A DNA stretch of 64,000 bases from an uncultured cyanobacterium (GCA_963710605.1 CAVQBA010000004.1:608001-672000); one strand, 5' to 3'. Counted from the stretch's first letter, positions 27,577-36,937 are shown. Notes: generated from the sequence alone by a model not told the origin. Program-made: numbers and translations.

Positions 27577-27846
27577 TTACTTATAAGTTACTAGTCCACT
27601 ATAAAGCATAGCTACATCTATATCCAAGCAATTGCAAATTGTTTTTATTAGTTGATAGCTAACTACTGAATGATTGCCCTGAAAAACTTGACGTAAGTAG
27701 CCATAATTAAGACTTTCATCCATTTGAGACAGTTGTTTCATGTTTATTTTTTTTGCCTTAAGAATAGCTCGTAAGTTTTCTAATATACTCTCATCAATAG
27801 AGACTCTTTCGATATATTTCTCTTCGATCATATTTGTTTTTTTCAT
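27577..27846 (-). CDS. Xre/Cro-C1 HTH repressor candidate (track extends the start to 27930)
   Basis: LRAILKAKKINMKQLSQ...NYGYLRQVFQG...LIKTICNCLDIDVAML. Confidence 0.8.
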   Translation of the reverse strand: MKKTNMIEEKYIERVSIDESILENLRAILKAKKINMKQLSQMDESLNYGYLRQVFQGNHSVVSYQLIKTICNCLDIDVAMLYSGLVTYK

Positions 27847-27909
27847 TGTAAAAGATAGTGCTATACTATCACGTATAAAGTTTTTGTGACCAACAAAAGT
27901 TTTAATAAA

Positions 27910-27947
27910 GTAGGTGATTTTTACAATCACCTACACTGTAAAAATCA
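27910..27947. promoter_or_regulatory. Overlapping inverted repeats in the divergent switch region (operator candidates)
   Basis: GTAGGTGATT-N5-AATCACCTAC (27910-27934); TGATTTTTACA/TGTAAAAATCA (27915-27947). Confidence 0.55.
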
Positions 27948-27981
27948 AAAAATCACTAAGTGATAGTTAAATGATACCAAA

Positions 27982-28272
27982 ATGGCAAACCTAAAAGAAT
28001 ACCTAGTAACAGTTGAAGTATCCACTACGTATCAAGTTCAATGCTTTGCTGAGTGCAAGAAAGACTTGAAACTATACGAAGACAACAAACATTTATTATC
28101 TGATGTAACACAGACGAGACTTAAGCAATTAGAGCAACCACGTATTTTCGCCGACTCTAATATCGAAGAAATCGACAGGTATATAACGATCGTTGACGTA
28201 GAAGACGTTGACACTTGGAGCAAAAAGCTCGATCGAGAAGCTTGTGAAGGCATGGGAGCTGATGAAGTATAA
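27982..28272 (+). CDS. Hypothetical acidic early protein
   Basis: 96-aa ORF divergent from the Xre gene. Confidence 0.65.
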   Translation: MANLKEYLVTVEVSTTYQVQCFAECKKDLKLYEDNKHLLSDVTQTRLKQLEQPRIFADSNIEEIDRYITIVDVEDVDTWSKKLDREACEGMGADEV

Positions 28273-28298
28273 AAACAAATGCCATTTTAGGAAATCAG

Positions 28299-28655
28299 AT
28301 GAAAATTTTTAATTCTATCAAGAAAACGATTGACCAAATTATTACAAGCTGGACAGAACTACAAGAAACAATGGATACACCACCCAAAATAATCACCCAA
28401 GAGCAAAAATCAAACTACTCAGATTTTATCAACCGCAGACTTGATGACTTAGTAATCGCAACCGCATTCAAACATAACAGAACTCCCTTAGAGATCAAAC
28501 GATTCGCCTTTGAATTTATTTTTGCTGATTGGCTGGCGAAAACGATCGAGCTGGAAAGACAGAAAGGCTCAGAGCCTGACCTAGACAAATTATTTGTTGG
28601 TGGTATTGAGGAAATTTTGGAATCCAAAAAAAGAAGACAGGAACATGATGATTAA
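28299..28655 (+). CDS. Hypothetical early protein
   Basis: 118-aa ORF. Confidence 0.65.
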   Translation: MKIFNSIKKTIDQIITSWTELQETMDTPPKIITQEQKSNYSDFINRRLDDLVIATAFKHNRTPLEIKRFAFEFIFADWLAKTIELERQKGSEPDLDKLFVGGIEEILESKKRRQEHDD

Positions 28656-29046
28656 CAATTCGCCTAAACCGACGAAAAAATTAAGCGATCGTGCTATCGC
28701 AATTTTAAAGCTGAATAATTACGGATGGCATCCAGACCTATCGATCTACTTTAATGGCATGGATTATAAAAGAGCCGTGAAACTGTGGCTAATTTTTCAG
28801 CGTGACATTAAAGATTTTAGCTATGCGGAGAATCTGGAAATCGATCGTAAAAAACTACATAAAGCTTTGTCTCAGCAATTGAACTGGTATTCAAGATTTA
28901 AAGCTCACCCTCAAGAATTTATTCACCAAATTAGAATCAATCAGAAGTCTAGATGGCGATTCGTGTACAAAGCGATCGCACCAGAACTAGAAGGGTTGTT
29001 CGCATCTCTTAGAGAAATTGAGCAATTAAGTTTATTTGAAAATTAA
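28594..29046 (+). CDS. Hypothetical early protein (probable start at MMINN, ~28645)
   Basis: ORF overlapping the previous gene; followed by a hairpin. Confidence 0.6.
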   Translation: MLVVLRKFWNPKKEDRNMMINNSPKPTKKLSDRAIAILKLNNYGWHPDLSIYFNGMDYKRAVKLWLIFQRDIKDFSYAENLEIDRKKLHKALSQQLNWYSRFKAHPQEFIHQIRINQKSRWRFVYKAIAPELEGLFASLREIEQLSLFEN

Positions 29047-29057
29047 CGCAAAAATAA

Positions 29058-29077
29058 AAGCCCCTGAGATGGGGCTT
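29058..29077 (+). terminator. Hairpin upstream of the primase-helicase gene
   Basis: AAGCCCC-TGAGAT-GGGGCTT. Confidence 0.5.
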
Positions 29078-29106
29078 CGGATAATAAATTAAAGAGAGAA
29101 TTAACC

Positions 29107-31530
29107 ATGAAATCAACAATCAACCCTACTATTAATTATACCAAAAAAGAGTTAATCAAAAGCATTAATTCTGTTGAATTAGCAACAAAAAATGCTTCTT
29201 TAATTGAGTCGAAAAAAATAGATAATTATTTATCCGAGAAAACAAAAAGCACTAGTACAATCGAAACCTACTATACGCCACTAGAAAAAACTACCAGAAT
29301 TTGGAATGGAAAAACAGAAGAAAAAATTGTATTTCCTAAACACCTAAATCACCGTAGTAATACATGGGAGAACGGCATCGGCGGCAGTACTTGGATGCCT
29401 TATCAGAATAAACTATTTTCTGAAGCTACCAACAAATGGTGCTTAATTCACGAGGGAGAAAAGTCGGCTGATTTTGCTTTATCTAAGGGGATTGTAAGCA
29501 CCTGTCTTGTCGGTGCAAAAGCTAAAGATTACAATTTTATTGCTCAAGCAATCGAACTAATGAAATTGGTATCGATGAAAGGTGCTATTTACTTAGCTGA
29601 TGAAGATGAAGCTGGTTTAAGTAAAGCTAAATTTTTTCAAGAGGTAGCATATCAAGAGAATTTTCTTGTTTTAATTTTACCTGTTAATTTCTTCTATCCT
29701 GAAGCAAAAAGAAACGATGACTTTGCCGATTTTGTAATTAATAATCCTAATTTATCTACTGAAGAAATAATCAATAATATAGAAGATAAAATCAAAAAAT
29801 TCGGTTCAGCTTTAGCAACCGATTACCTCTCTTGCAAGCCGATTGAAAAATCCGAAGAAGAGAAACAAGCGGAGGTGCTAGAAACAGCTAAAGATATTTT
29901 GTTAAACGAGTCGAACGAAATCAAACAATTTCTTCGCCTCGAAAAATTGCGTAAAACAACTAAATTCAGCGAGTCGCAATGGGAGAATAAAATATTAAAA
30001 GCCTTAAAAAAAGAGACAAGGGGCGATCGCTTAAAACTTGATTTAAAATATTATGATCAAGAAGAAGATGTGATAAAAAAACTCGAACTTAAACAAAAAA
30101 TTTGCGGACGATATTACCTGAGTTCAAGAGATTTTGAGGATATAAATTATAACCTAGCATCAAAGGAAAGCGAGCCAGATAAAAAAGTATTTTCTTTTGA
30201 TGAATTTATGGGGTTAGGGGTAGCCAAACAATCTTGGATTGTTCCTTCTTTTTTACCTGAAGCATCAATGTTGCTTTTATGTGCGGCGGCTAAAAATGGT
30301 AAGAGTTTGATGGCATCCGATTTAGCTTACTCAATTATTACTGGCGGAACATTTTTGAATCAGCAAGCCAAAAAAGGGAAAGTATTATATGTTTGTAGTG
30401 ATGAGTTACCACGAGATTTTATTCGCAGACTACAGTCTCGTGGCTTCGATTTAATACCAAATATCAATGATAATCTAAGAGTAATCACTCACCTTGATTT
30501 GTACAATCTCAAAGAACTAGAGAAGCAATTAGAAGACTTCAGACCAGATTGCACAATCATTGATTCACTTACCTCAATTAGCTTATCAGCTAACATTAGC
30601 GAGAATAGTGCAGATTATGCGAAACAAGCGTATAAGCTAAAAGATTTGCTCGGTAAATACGGCTCAGCATCTGTATTGATCCATCATCAAAATAAAAACG
30701 TTGACGCACAAGGACTAAATAAAGTATCGGGATCAGCTCGAATCACGGCTGTACCTTGGGGAATCGCTCAATTATCGGGAGGTAATTCTGATATTGAAGA
30801 ATCTAATATTCGTTACCTAGAACTACAGCCAAGAGAAGGTGAGCCAGCCAAGTATCAATTATCTATCAACCCTCGTGATTCTTGGATTGAAGATGGTATT
30901 TTCAAGTTTGATTGTGACTTTGACGATCCTAATGGTAAAAAGAAATCGTTGGGCGAACAGATTTTGGCTTTTCTCGATGATGAGCAACCTAAAGAATATT
31001 CAGAAATAAATGAATACATGAATCTCGGCAAAGGACTTTATAAAATATTGGATTATTTATGTGAACGAAGATTAATTAATCGCCAAAGAAGTAAAAATAA
31101 TCCTAAAAGATGGACTTATTCTATTGACACTCATTCGCAAGTGAAAAATGAGACAGGGGGGGGGGGTAAAAAAAATTCACCCCCCCCCCTAGTCAAACTC
31201 AAAAATTCGATAAAAAGCCAGTCAAAATCAATCACAGAAGACAATACAGCCAATAACGAAGAAAATGGTCAAAGTGAAAATTATCAAGATTTCATGACAA
31301 ACAACCTAACTTTGACGAGTGCTTCTTGTTGCGAAAATAGTGACATTAATGACAATGAAGAAGAGCGAAAAGACATCCTAGAAATGATCAATGATTCAGT
31401 TGAACATCTTAATGATGGTAGAGAAAAAATCAAGATTTTTAGCCAAGGAAAAATGCTTAGTACCCTTACGAATAAGGAATTAATGGCTATATTAGAAATG
31501 ATATGGGAGGAAATGGAAAAAGATGAGTAA
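29107..31530 (+). CDS. Primase-helicase replication protein (Toprim-like + AAA_25/RepA-type RecA-fold helicase + wHTH)
   Basis: HEGEKSAD, YLADEDEAG and DDFADF Toprim motifs; Walker A AAAKNGKS; Walker B IIDSL; LIHHQNK; SGSARI. Confidence 0.85.
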   Translation: MKSTINPTINYTKKELIKSINSVELATKNASLIESKKIDNYLSEKTKSTSTIETYYTPLEKTTRIWNGKTEEKIVFPKHLNHRSNTWENGIGGSTWMPYQNKLFSEATNKWCLIHEGEKSADFALSKGIVSTCLVGAKAKDYNFIAQAIELMKLVSMKGAIYLADEDEAGLSKAKFFQEVAYQENFLVLILPVNFFYPEAKRNDDFADFVINNPNLSTEEIINNIEDKIKKFGSALATDYLSCKPIEKSEEEKQAEVLETAKDILLNESNEIKQFLRLEKLRKTTKFSESQWENKILKALKKETRGDRLKLDLKYYDQEEDVIKKLELKQKICGRYYLSSRDFEDINYNLASKESEPDKKVFSFDEFMGLGVAKQSWIVPSFLPEASMLLLCAAAKNGKSLMASDLAYSIITGGTFLNQQAKKGKVLYVCSDELPRDFIRRLQSRGFDLIPNINDNLRVITHLDLYNLKELEKQLEDFRPDCTIIDSLTSISLSANISENSADYAKQAYKLKDLLGKYGSASVLIHHQNKNVDAQGLNKVSGSARITAVPWGIAQLSGGNSDIEESNIRYLELQPREGEPAKYQLSINPRDSWIEDGIFKFDCDFDDPNGKKKSLGEQILAFLDDEQPKEYSEINEYMNLGKGLYKILDYLCERRLINRQRSKNNPKRWTYSIDTHSQVKNETGGGGKKNSPPPLVKLKNSIKSQSKSITEDNTANNEENGQSENYQDFMTNNLTLTSASCCENSDINDNEEERKDILEMINDSVEHLNDGREKIKIFSQGKMLSTLTNKELMAILEMIWEEMEKDE

Positions 31531-32605
31531 TAGAGCAAAAAAAGGAACTATTACGATCGATAGTTATCGGGGAATGCTCAGGCTCAGGCTACCTCGATCG
31601 TGGTTTAATGGAAAGTTGAAGTTTTTCTCTTTGGGGCTGTCCGATACCCCACAAAATCAAATTGTTGCTTTGACTAAATCTTCTCAAATGCAATTAGATT
31701 ACATTAGCGGTTGCTTTGACTTTTCATTAGAAAAATATAAATTGGCGACTTTGCCAGAAGGGAAAATCAATCTGATTGAATTATTTGAAAAATTTACAGA
31801 ATATAAAATAAAAATCCTTAAACAAAGTTCTCATCATAATTTTAAAGCTACTCTCAATAAATTGAAAGATGTTCCTCAAAATATAGTATCTGAGCCTTCT
31901 AAGCTTAGACTTTGGATGAGTGAACATAACACACAAAAACAGGCTCGAAGGTACATGGCGAGAATTGTTTCTTGCTATAATTGGGCGATTGAAAGCGGAT
32001 TAGTTGAATCGGGAAACCCTTATGCAAAATTGAAAAAATTTAAAAAGGAGAAACCAGCAGAAGCTGATCCTTTTAATGAAATAGAAAAAAACCTAATTAT
32101 CTCAGCGTTTGAAAACAACAACAACTATTTTGCTAATTTTATTAAATTTTTATTTCTAACTGGATGCCGTCCAAGTGAAGCTTGTGGATTAAAGTGGAAA
32201 AACATTGATTTATTAATAAAACATAGAATTAAATTCTGTGAAGTCGTGGTAAGTGGAGTTTGGCAAGAGGGGACGAAAACAGAACCTTATCGCTTTTTTC
32301 CAGTTAATCAGCAATTAAGAGAATTGCTAGCTAATATTCAACGACCTGATGAATACGTATTTCATAGTAAAAAAGGTTTTGCGATCGATAATCATAATTT
32401 TTTGAATCGAGAATGGAAACCATTGGTTAAAGAGTTGCCAATTAGGTATCGCTCTATCTATAGCGTTAGAGATACTTTTATAACCAATTGTCTTGAAAAA
32501 GGAATTAAACCAAAACAGCTTAGTAAATGGGTAGGCAATAGCCCGGAAATTATTTGGAAGAATTATGCTGGCATCGTAGAGCAAAAAGAAGTCCCTAATT
32601 TTTGA
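31523..32605 (+). CDS. int: Tyrosine recombinase/integrase with N-terminal arm-binding (DUF3596-like) domain
   Basis: LRLRLPR...SLGLSDTPQN...FDFSLEKY; TGCRPSE (R), GTKT (K), YSVRDTF (R), VGNS, NYAG (Y). Confidence 0.93.
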   Translation: MSNRAKKGTITIDSYRGMLRLRLPRSWFNGKLKFFSLGLSDTPQNQIVALTKSSQMQLDYISGCFDFSLEKYKLATLPEGKINLIELFEKFTEYKIKILKQSSHHNFKATLNKLKDVPQNIVSEPSKLRLWMSEHNTQKQARRYMARIVSCYNWAIESGLVESGNPYAKLKKFKKEKPAEADPFNEIEKNLIISAFENNNNYFANFIKFLFLTGCRPSEACGLKWKNIDLLIKHRIKFCEVVVSGVWQEGTKTEPYRFFPVNQQLRELLANIQRPDEYVFHSKKGFAIDNHNFLNREWKPLVKELPIRYRSIYSVRDTFITNCLEKGIKPKQLSKWVGNSPEIIWKNYAGIVEQKEVPNF

Positions 32606-32615
32606 CCTAGAGTTT

Positions 32616-32706
32616 ATTGATAAACAATTGATAAACAAAAAACAAAAGGCGAATGCCGTAAGCTTATTCTTTCGTTAAATATTAAGTAATTAACAATTGA
32701 TAAACA
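32616..32706 (+). repeat. Three ATTGATAAACA direct repeats (integrase arm-site candidates)
   Basis: Copies at 32616, 32627 and 32696, between int and the att core. Confidence 0.65.
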
Positions 32707-32711
32707 AATAG

Positions 32712-32741
32712 TTTTAAATGCCCATCTAACGGGCATTTAAA
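32712..32741 (-). terminator. Hairpin downstream of tRNA/int (possible bidirectional terminator)
   Basis: TTTAAATGCCC-ATCTAAC-GGGCATTTAAA. Confidence 0.6.
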
Positions 32742-32790
32742 CGAAAAACAAGCCCCTGAGCAAGAGCTTGTATATCTTTTAATTATTGCG

Positions 32791-32839
32791 TTTTAAATGG
32801 CTGAAGCGAGATTTGAACTCGCGACCAAGAGCTTATGAG
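32791..32839 (-). repeat. att core copy within the intact tRNA, right boundary of the element
   Basis: Identical to 14208-14256; runs from the anticodon loop to 7 nt past the tRNA 3' end. Confidence 0.95.
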
Positions 32840-32869
32840 TCTCCTGCTCTACCACTGAGCTACCCAGCC
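32798..32869 (-). tRNA. trnM: tRNA with CAT anticodon, most likely elongator tRNA-Met
   Basis: GGCTGGGTAGCTCAGTGGTAGAGCAGGAGACTCATAAGCTCTTGGTCGCGAGTTCAAATCTCGCTTCAGCCA folds as a cloverleaf; G1-C72 pair (not initiator); Ile2 identity not fully excluded. Confidence 0.92.
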
Positions 32870-33038
32870 TTGTGTTTTATACCACGATTAAATATTTTAA
32901 CCAATATATTAAGTTCTGTCAAGTAAAAACAAGATAATTAAGAAAAATATTTGCAGTCTCAGAGTAAATATTCAATAGTTGATAGCTAAATATCTCTAGC
33001 ATGAAACGATCGATCGTACAATTATCAATTATCAATTA

Positions 33039-33812
33039 TCAATTACCCTCGTACATTTGCCGATAACTTTCCATGGCATAAAAAATCAGGTTAGTATCGA
33101 CGATTATTTTATCGCTCAACCCTGGGTAGATACTAGTAATAGACTCAGACAATAACACAGCATCTCCTCCCGTCAAAATAACTTGGCTTTGAGGATATTT
33201 GTTTAACCAGTCTTGAGTAAATTCTTTGATTCCTGCCACAATCGTATGAATTACACCACTTTGAATCGCACAAGGAGTGTTGTTTGCCCAACGAGAAGAA
33301 ACACCTGTAATAATTTCGATTTCAGGCAAAGATGCAGTATTAAGAAAAAGACTTTGTAATTGTAATTTCACTCCGGGTAAAATCGCTCCACCAACTACTT
33401 TATTATTTTCATCCGCACCAGTTATAGTTAAAGCAGTGCCGCTGTCGATAACCAAAGAAGGAAAACCATACCGACAACCACTTCCCCATAAAGCTAAAAT
33501 TCGATCGATTCCCATCGTTGGGTAAACATTGTTTAAAGGAATCAAACAACTATCAATAATTCTTGTCTGTGGTAACGGTAAATATATTTTAGTTGCCGAA
33601 GGTACAACTGAAGCGATATAAAGAGGCACTTTAGCCCGTAAATAAGTTTTTAATTCTTCATCAACAACTTGAGGTAATTCATTTAAACTATTTACTTGAG
33701 AAGTATTCCATGTCTTTCTCAAATCATTGGCTTGAAAATAACTCCAATGTAGTCGAGAATTACCAATCATCAATCCTAGCCAGTAGTCTTTATTGATAAC
33801 GTTATCTAACAC
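33039..33812 (-). CDS. coaX: Type III pantothenate kinase
   Basis: MIGNSRLHW, ASVVP, MGIDR, VIDSGTALT, GGAILPG, ILTGGD. Confidence 0.92.
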   Translation of the reverse strand: MLDNVINKDYWLGLMIGNSRLHWSYFQANDLRKTWNTSQVNSLNELPQVVDEELKTYLRAKVPLYIASVVPSATKIYLPLPQTRIIDSCLIPLNNVYPTMGIDRILALWGSGCRYGFPSLVIDSGTALTITGADENNKVVGGAILPGVKLQLQSLFLNTASLPEIEIITGVSSRWANNTPCAIQSGVIHTIVAGIKEFTQDWLNKYPQSQVILTGGDAVLLSESITSIYPGLSDKIIVDTNLIFYAMESYRQMYEGN

Positions 33813-34685
33813 CTAATATAATTCCTAATAGTAAAATAAATCCAATCCAGACATTCTGACTAAATATCTGACCGTAATTGATTAATTCTTGATTCGGTAA
33901 CCTAATCGTAATGTATTGTCCAGACCAAAGAATAACAGCAATCATCCAAGTTAGACCAAAAAAGAAGTTAAGATAGTTTACCATCCCCAAATAAGCAAAT
34001 AAACCAGCAGTAAGAGCGAAAAACAAACCGACTGCTTCTCCTGCTAAATCATCAAAAAAGATTGCACTAGAGTTGATACCTAATTTGAGATCATCTTCTT
34101 TATCTGACATAGCATAAATAGTATCAAAACCCATAGTCCATGTAACAGTTGCCGCCCATAATACCCATGCGTTAGCAGTTAAATCGCCTGTTAAAGCACT
34201 CCAACTAATCAAAACCGCAAAACCCCAAGCCAAAGATAATACTAATTGAGGAACAGGAAAAAATCTTTTAGCTAGAGGATAACAAATAATAAAAGGTACT
34301 GCCATCACGCAAAGCCAAAAACTGAGAGGATTAAGATAAAGTGCTAAACCCCCAGCACATCCCAAGCTAATAAAAAAAACTATGATACCAACTCTAACTG
34401 ATAAAGCCCGACTTGCTAAAGGACGAGTTTTGGTTCTCGTTACCTGAGTATCTATGTTACGATCCCATAAGTCATTAATTACACATCCTGCAGCACTTGT
34501 AGCTAATGTACCTAAAATAATAATTCCCACTAAAACTAGTGGTGGATGTCCGTTTCCTGCTAAAAATATTGCCCATAATGCAGGAATCATTAAAATTAGT
34601 CTCCCTGCGGGTTTATCCCAACGTAATAGTTTGATAATACTCCATAATAATTCTTGAGTGTTTCGGCACGAGGCGAAGAAATCAT
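33802..34685 (-). CDS. plqA: 4-hydroxybenzoate solanesyltransferase (UbiA family); apparent 1-bp frameshift near the N-terminus
   Basis: NDLWDRNID...RPLAS, FDTIYAMSDKEDD. The conserved LLRWDKPAGRLILM lies upstream of the track's start in the same frame, but the ATG at 34685 is one base out of frame. Confidence 0.88.
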
Positions 34686-34878
34686 AATAGTTGATAGCCT
34701 AATAGTAGTTAAGAGTTAAGAGTTAGAGACGTTGCGGTACAATGTCTATGTTGCTATAATCAATTGAATTGTTTGTTACTCAATAGTGTATCAAATAAAC
34801 TATCTTCTTTTTTTTGTAGAGTAACGATCGATTGGTTAAGATATAGTTAGATTTACAATTAACTTGATTTTTTTTTCA

Positions 34879-35193
34879 ATGAAAAAGTTATCACTGTTTC
34901 GATCGTTAAAGATGTTTTATCGTCAAGAATCTGCCACGGCTTTTATCTTACTGATGGCGATTACTAATATTTTCATTGGTAGCTTTAATCAAAGTTGGAC
35001 GTTATTTTCTTTTAGTCTTTTAATGATGATAATTGCTCTTTTTCCTAAATGGCGAAAAAAACAAAAATTTAAACCTCTTCGACGCAAAAAACAGAGAGTT
35101 TCTTCTTACATTTCTCGTCAACCTGTTTATATTTCTCCTCGCACTCCCCTAACTCCATTACCGCCATTAAAAAGAAAGAGAGATTATCTTTAA
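34879..35193 (+). CDS. Small membrane protein with basic C-terminus
   Basis: YRQESATAFILLM...GSFNQSWTL; two TM segments. Confidence 0.6.
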   Translation: MKKLSLFRSLKMFYRQESATAFILLMAITNIFIGSFNQSWTLFSFSLLMMIIALFPKWRKKQKFKPLRRKKQRVSSYISRQPVYISPRTPLTPLPPLKRKRDYL

Positions 35194-35304
35194 ATAACAG
35201 ATAACAGATAAAAAGTATCCTCAACTATTAATTATTGATTATCAGTGACCGATCGATAATGATAAAATCAAATGATAGATTGAACAAAATTATAATCATC
35301 AACA

Positions 35305-35982
35305 GTGAGCAATCAGTTGTCAACATCTATTAATGTAAGTGAAAAAACCGAATATCAGGATAACTTAATCGATTGATTATTTATTGCTTTATTTTCGAGC
35401 AAAATGGCAAAAGCAGTCAATAAAAAAACTGATAAAAAAGGTTATCAAGGTTTCGTCGATTTATCTGAGCAAATAATGCAAGGGCGAAACGCTCAAGAGC
35501 AACAACAATTAGTCGCTGTTGTGTTAAAGTCTTTAGTACCTTCTCCTGTTTTATACTTTATCCGTACTTTCTTTTCGCCGACAAAATGGGTATGTGAATC
35601 TAATGCTTGGTTTGCCAGTATTTTATTTGAATGGTTAGTTGGAGAATCAGAAATTAACACTGTGGAAGTGATGGATGAAAATAATCAGCCTCATCAACAA
35701 GATAGTTGTGTGAAAATTAAAAAATGTCGTTATCTAGAAGAAAGTGGTTGTGTGGGGATGTGCATTAATATGTGTAAATTACCCACGCAAAAATTTTTTA
35801 CCGAATCTTTTGGTATTCCTCTAACTATGATTCCTGATTTTGAAGATTTTAGTTGCGAAATGATTTTTGGTCAAAATCCGCCTCCTCTTGATACTGAAGA
35901 AGCAAGTAACCAACCTTGTTTAAATCTGACTTGCCCTACTGCTAATCCGAATGATAAACCTTGTCATAAAATATACGAATAA
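35305..35982 (+). CDS. DUF4033 / D27-like (beta-carotene isomerase-like) protein with in-frame TGA at 35374-35376
   Basis: KCRYLEESGCVGMCINMCKLPTQKFF, SCEMIFGQNPP; upstream in-frame TEYQDNLID*LFIALFSSKMA. Confidence 0.8.
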
Positions 35983-36031
35983 CTACAAATAATTGACAAT
36001 AAATTTATTTCAAGTCAATTTAATTTAGATA

Positions 36032-36937
36032 ATGAAATTAGTTAAAAAATTTGTTCGTTGGTTGATTTTAGGTTTAACTGTTTTTTTGATACTCTATAAT
36101 TTACATCAAAATTGGCGATCGATCGAGCAAATAAAAATCACTAATTTTGTTTGGCAAATGTTTGCTTTAAGTATATTCTTCAATGCTTTAGCTCACACTT
36201 TTTCAGCATGGGTTTGGACATGGATTTTAAATTTATTTTCGACTAAATTACAGGGAATTGAAGCTATCTGTGTCTATTTAATTACCAATATCAGTAAATA
36301 TCTTCCCGGTAATGTTTGGCACTTTGTCGGACGTGTTAAAGCTCTTCAAAGTAAAGGTGATAGTTTAGCTACTGCTACAGTTGCCGTCATTATCGAGCCT
36401 TTATTAATGGCGATCGCCGCTTTATTGATTACAGTAATTAGTACGAGTTTTGGCACGATTAATTTTGACTCATTTAGCTTGATTTTTTTAGGACAAATTA
36501 CTTTAGTTTTGGGAAGTTTAATTGGGATACATCCTCGGATTATGAACCCGATTTTAAGTAAATTAGCTAAAGGAAAAGGAAGCGATAAGGCAACTAAATT
36601 AACTAAATATCCATTGCTTCCATTAATAGGAGAAACAATATTTTTACTATTAAGAGGAAGTGCTTTGATTATACTTTTAAACGCTTTTACGCCTGTAAAT
36701 ATAACTTTAATTCCTCAAGTTTTAACCGCATTTAGTTTTGCTTGGATGCTCGGTTTAATTGTACCGGGTGCACCCGGAGGAATGGGTGTTTTTGAAGCTA
36801 CCATCATCGCTACGGTGGATAATACCCTTTTTCCTCAGCAAATTATTTTAGTCGTAGTCGCCCTTTTCCGCATCAGCAGTATTCTAGCTGAGGTAATAAC
36901 TGCCTACATTGCTTTTATCGTGAATAAACGGAATTAA
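36032..36937 (+). CDS. UPF0104 / lysylphosphatidylglycerol synthase TM-like membrane protein
   Basis: TNISKYLPGNVWHFVGR, VPGAPGGMGVFEA. Confidence 0.8.
   Translation: MKLVKKFVRWLILGLTVFLILYNLHQNWRSIEQIKITNFVWQMFALSIFFNALAHTFSAWVWTWILNLFSTKLQGIEAICVYLITNISKYLPGNVWHFVGRVKALQSKGDSLATATVAVIIEPLLMAIAALLITVISTSFGTINFDSFSLIFLGQITLVLGSLIGIHPRIMNPILSKLAKGKGSDKATKLTKYPLLPLIGETIFLLLRGSALIILLNAFTPVNITLIPQVLTAFSFAWMLGLIVPGAPGGMGVFEATIIATVDNTLFPQQIILVVVALFRISSILAEVITAYIAFIVNKRN

Larger units (their letters stand above)
14208..32839. mobile_element. Integrated provirus/phage-like element (18,583-bp predicted excision circle) in tRNA-Met
   Basis: 49-bp att repeats, tyrosine integrase next to the tRNA, primase-helicase, Xre regulator, lysin-like peptidase, dense overlapping orphan genes. 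Confidence 0.92.

Noticed and set aside
14208-32839. Inovirus (filamentous phage) assignment suggested by the pIII-like GGGS repeats and tiny TM peptides
   Set aside because: No Zot/pI ATPase or rolling-circle Rep recognised; primase-helicase replication and 18.6-kb size do not fit
14208-32839. Classical PICI/P4 satellite or ICE
   Set aside because: No small terminase, sid/psu, HK97 capsid, relaxase or T4SS genes recognised; gene order differs. A novel satellite is not excluded
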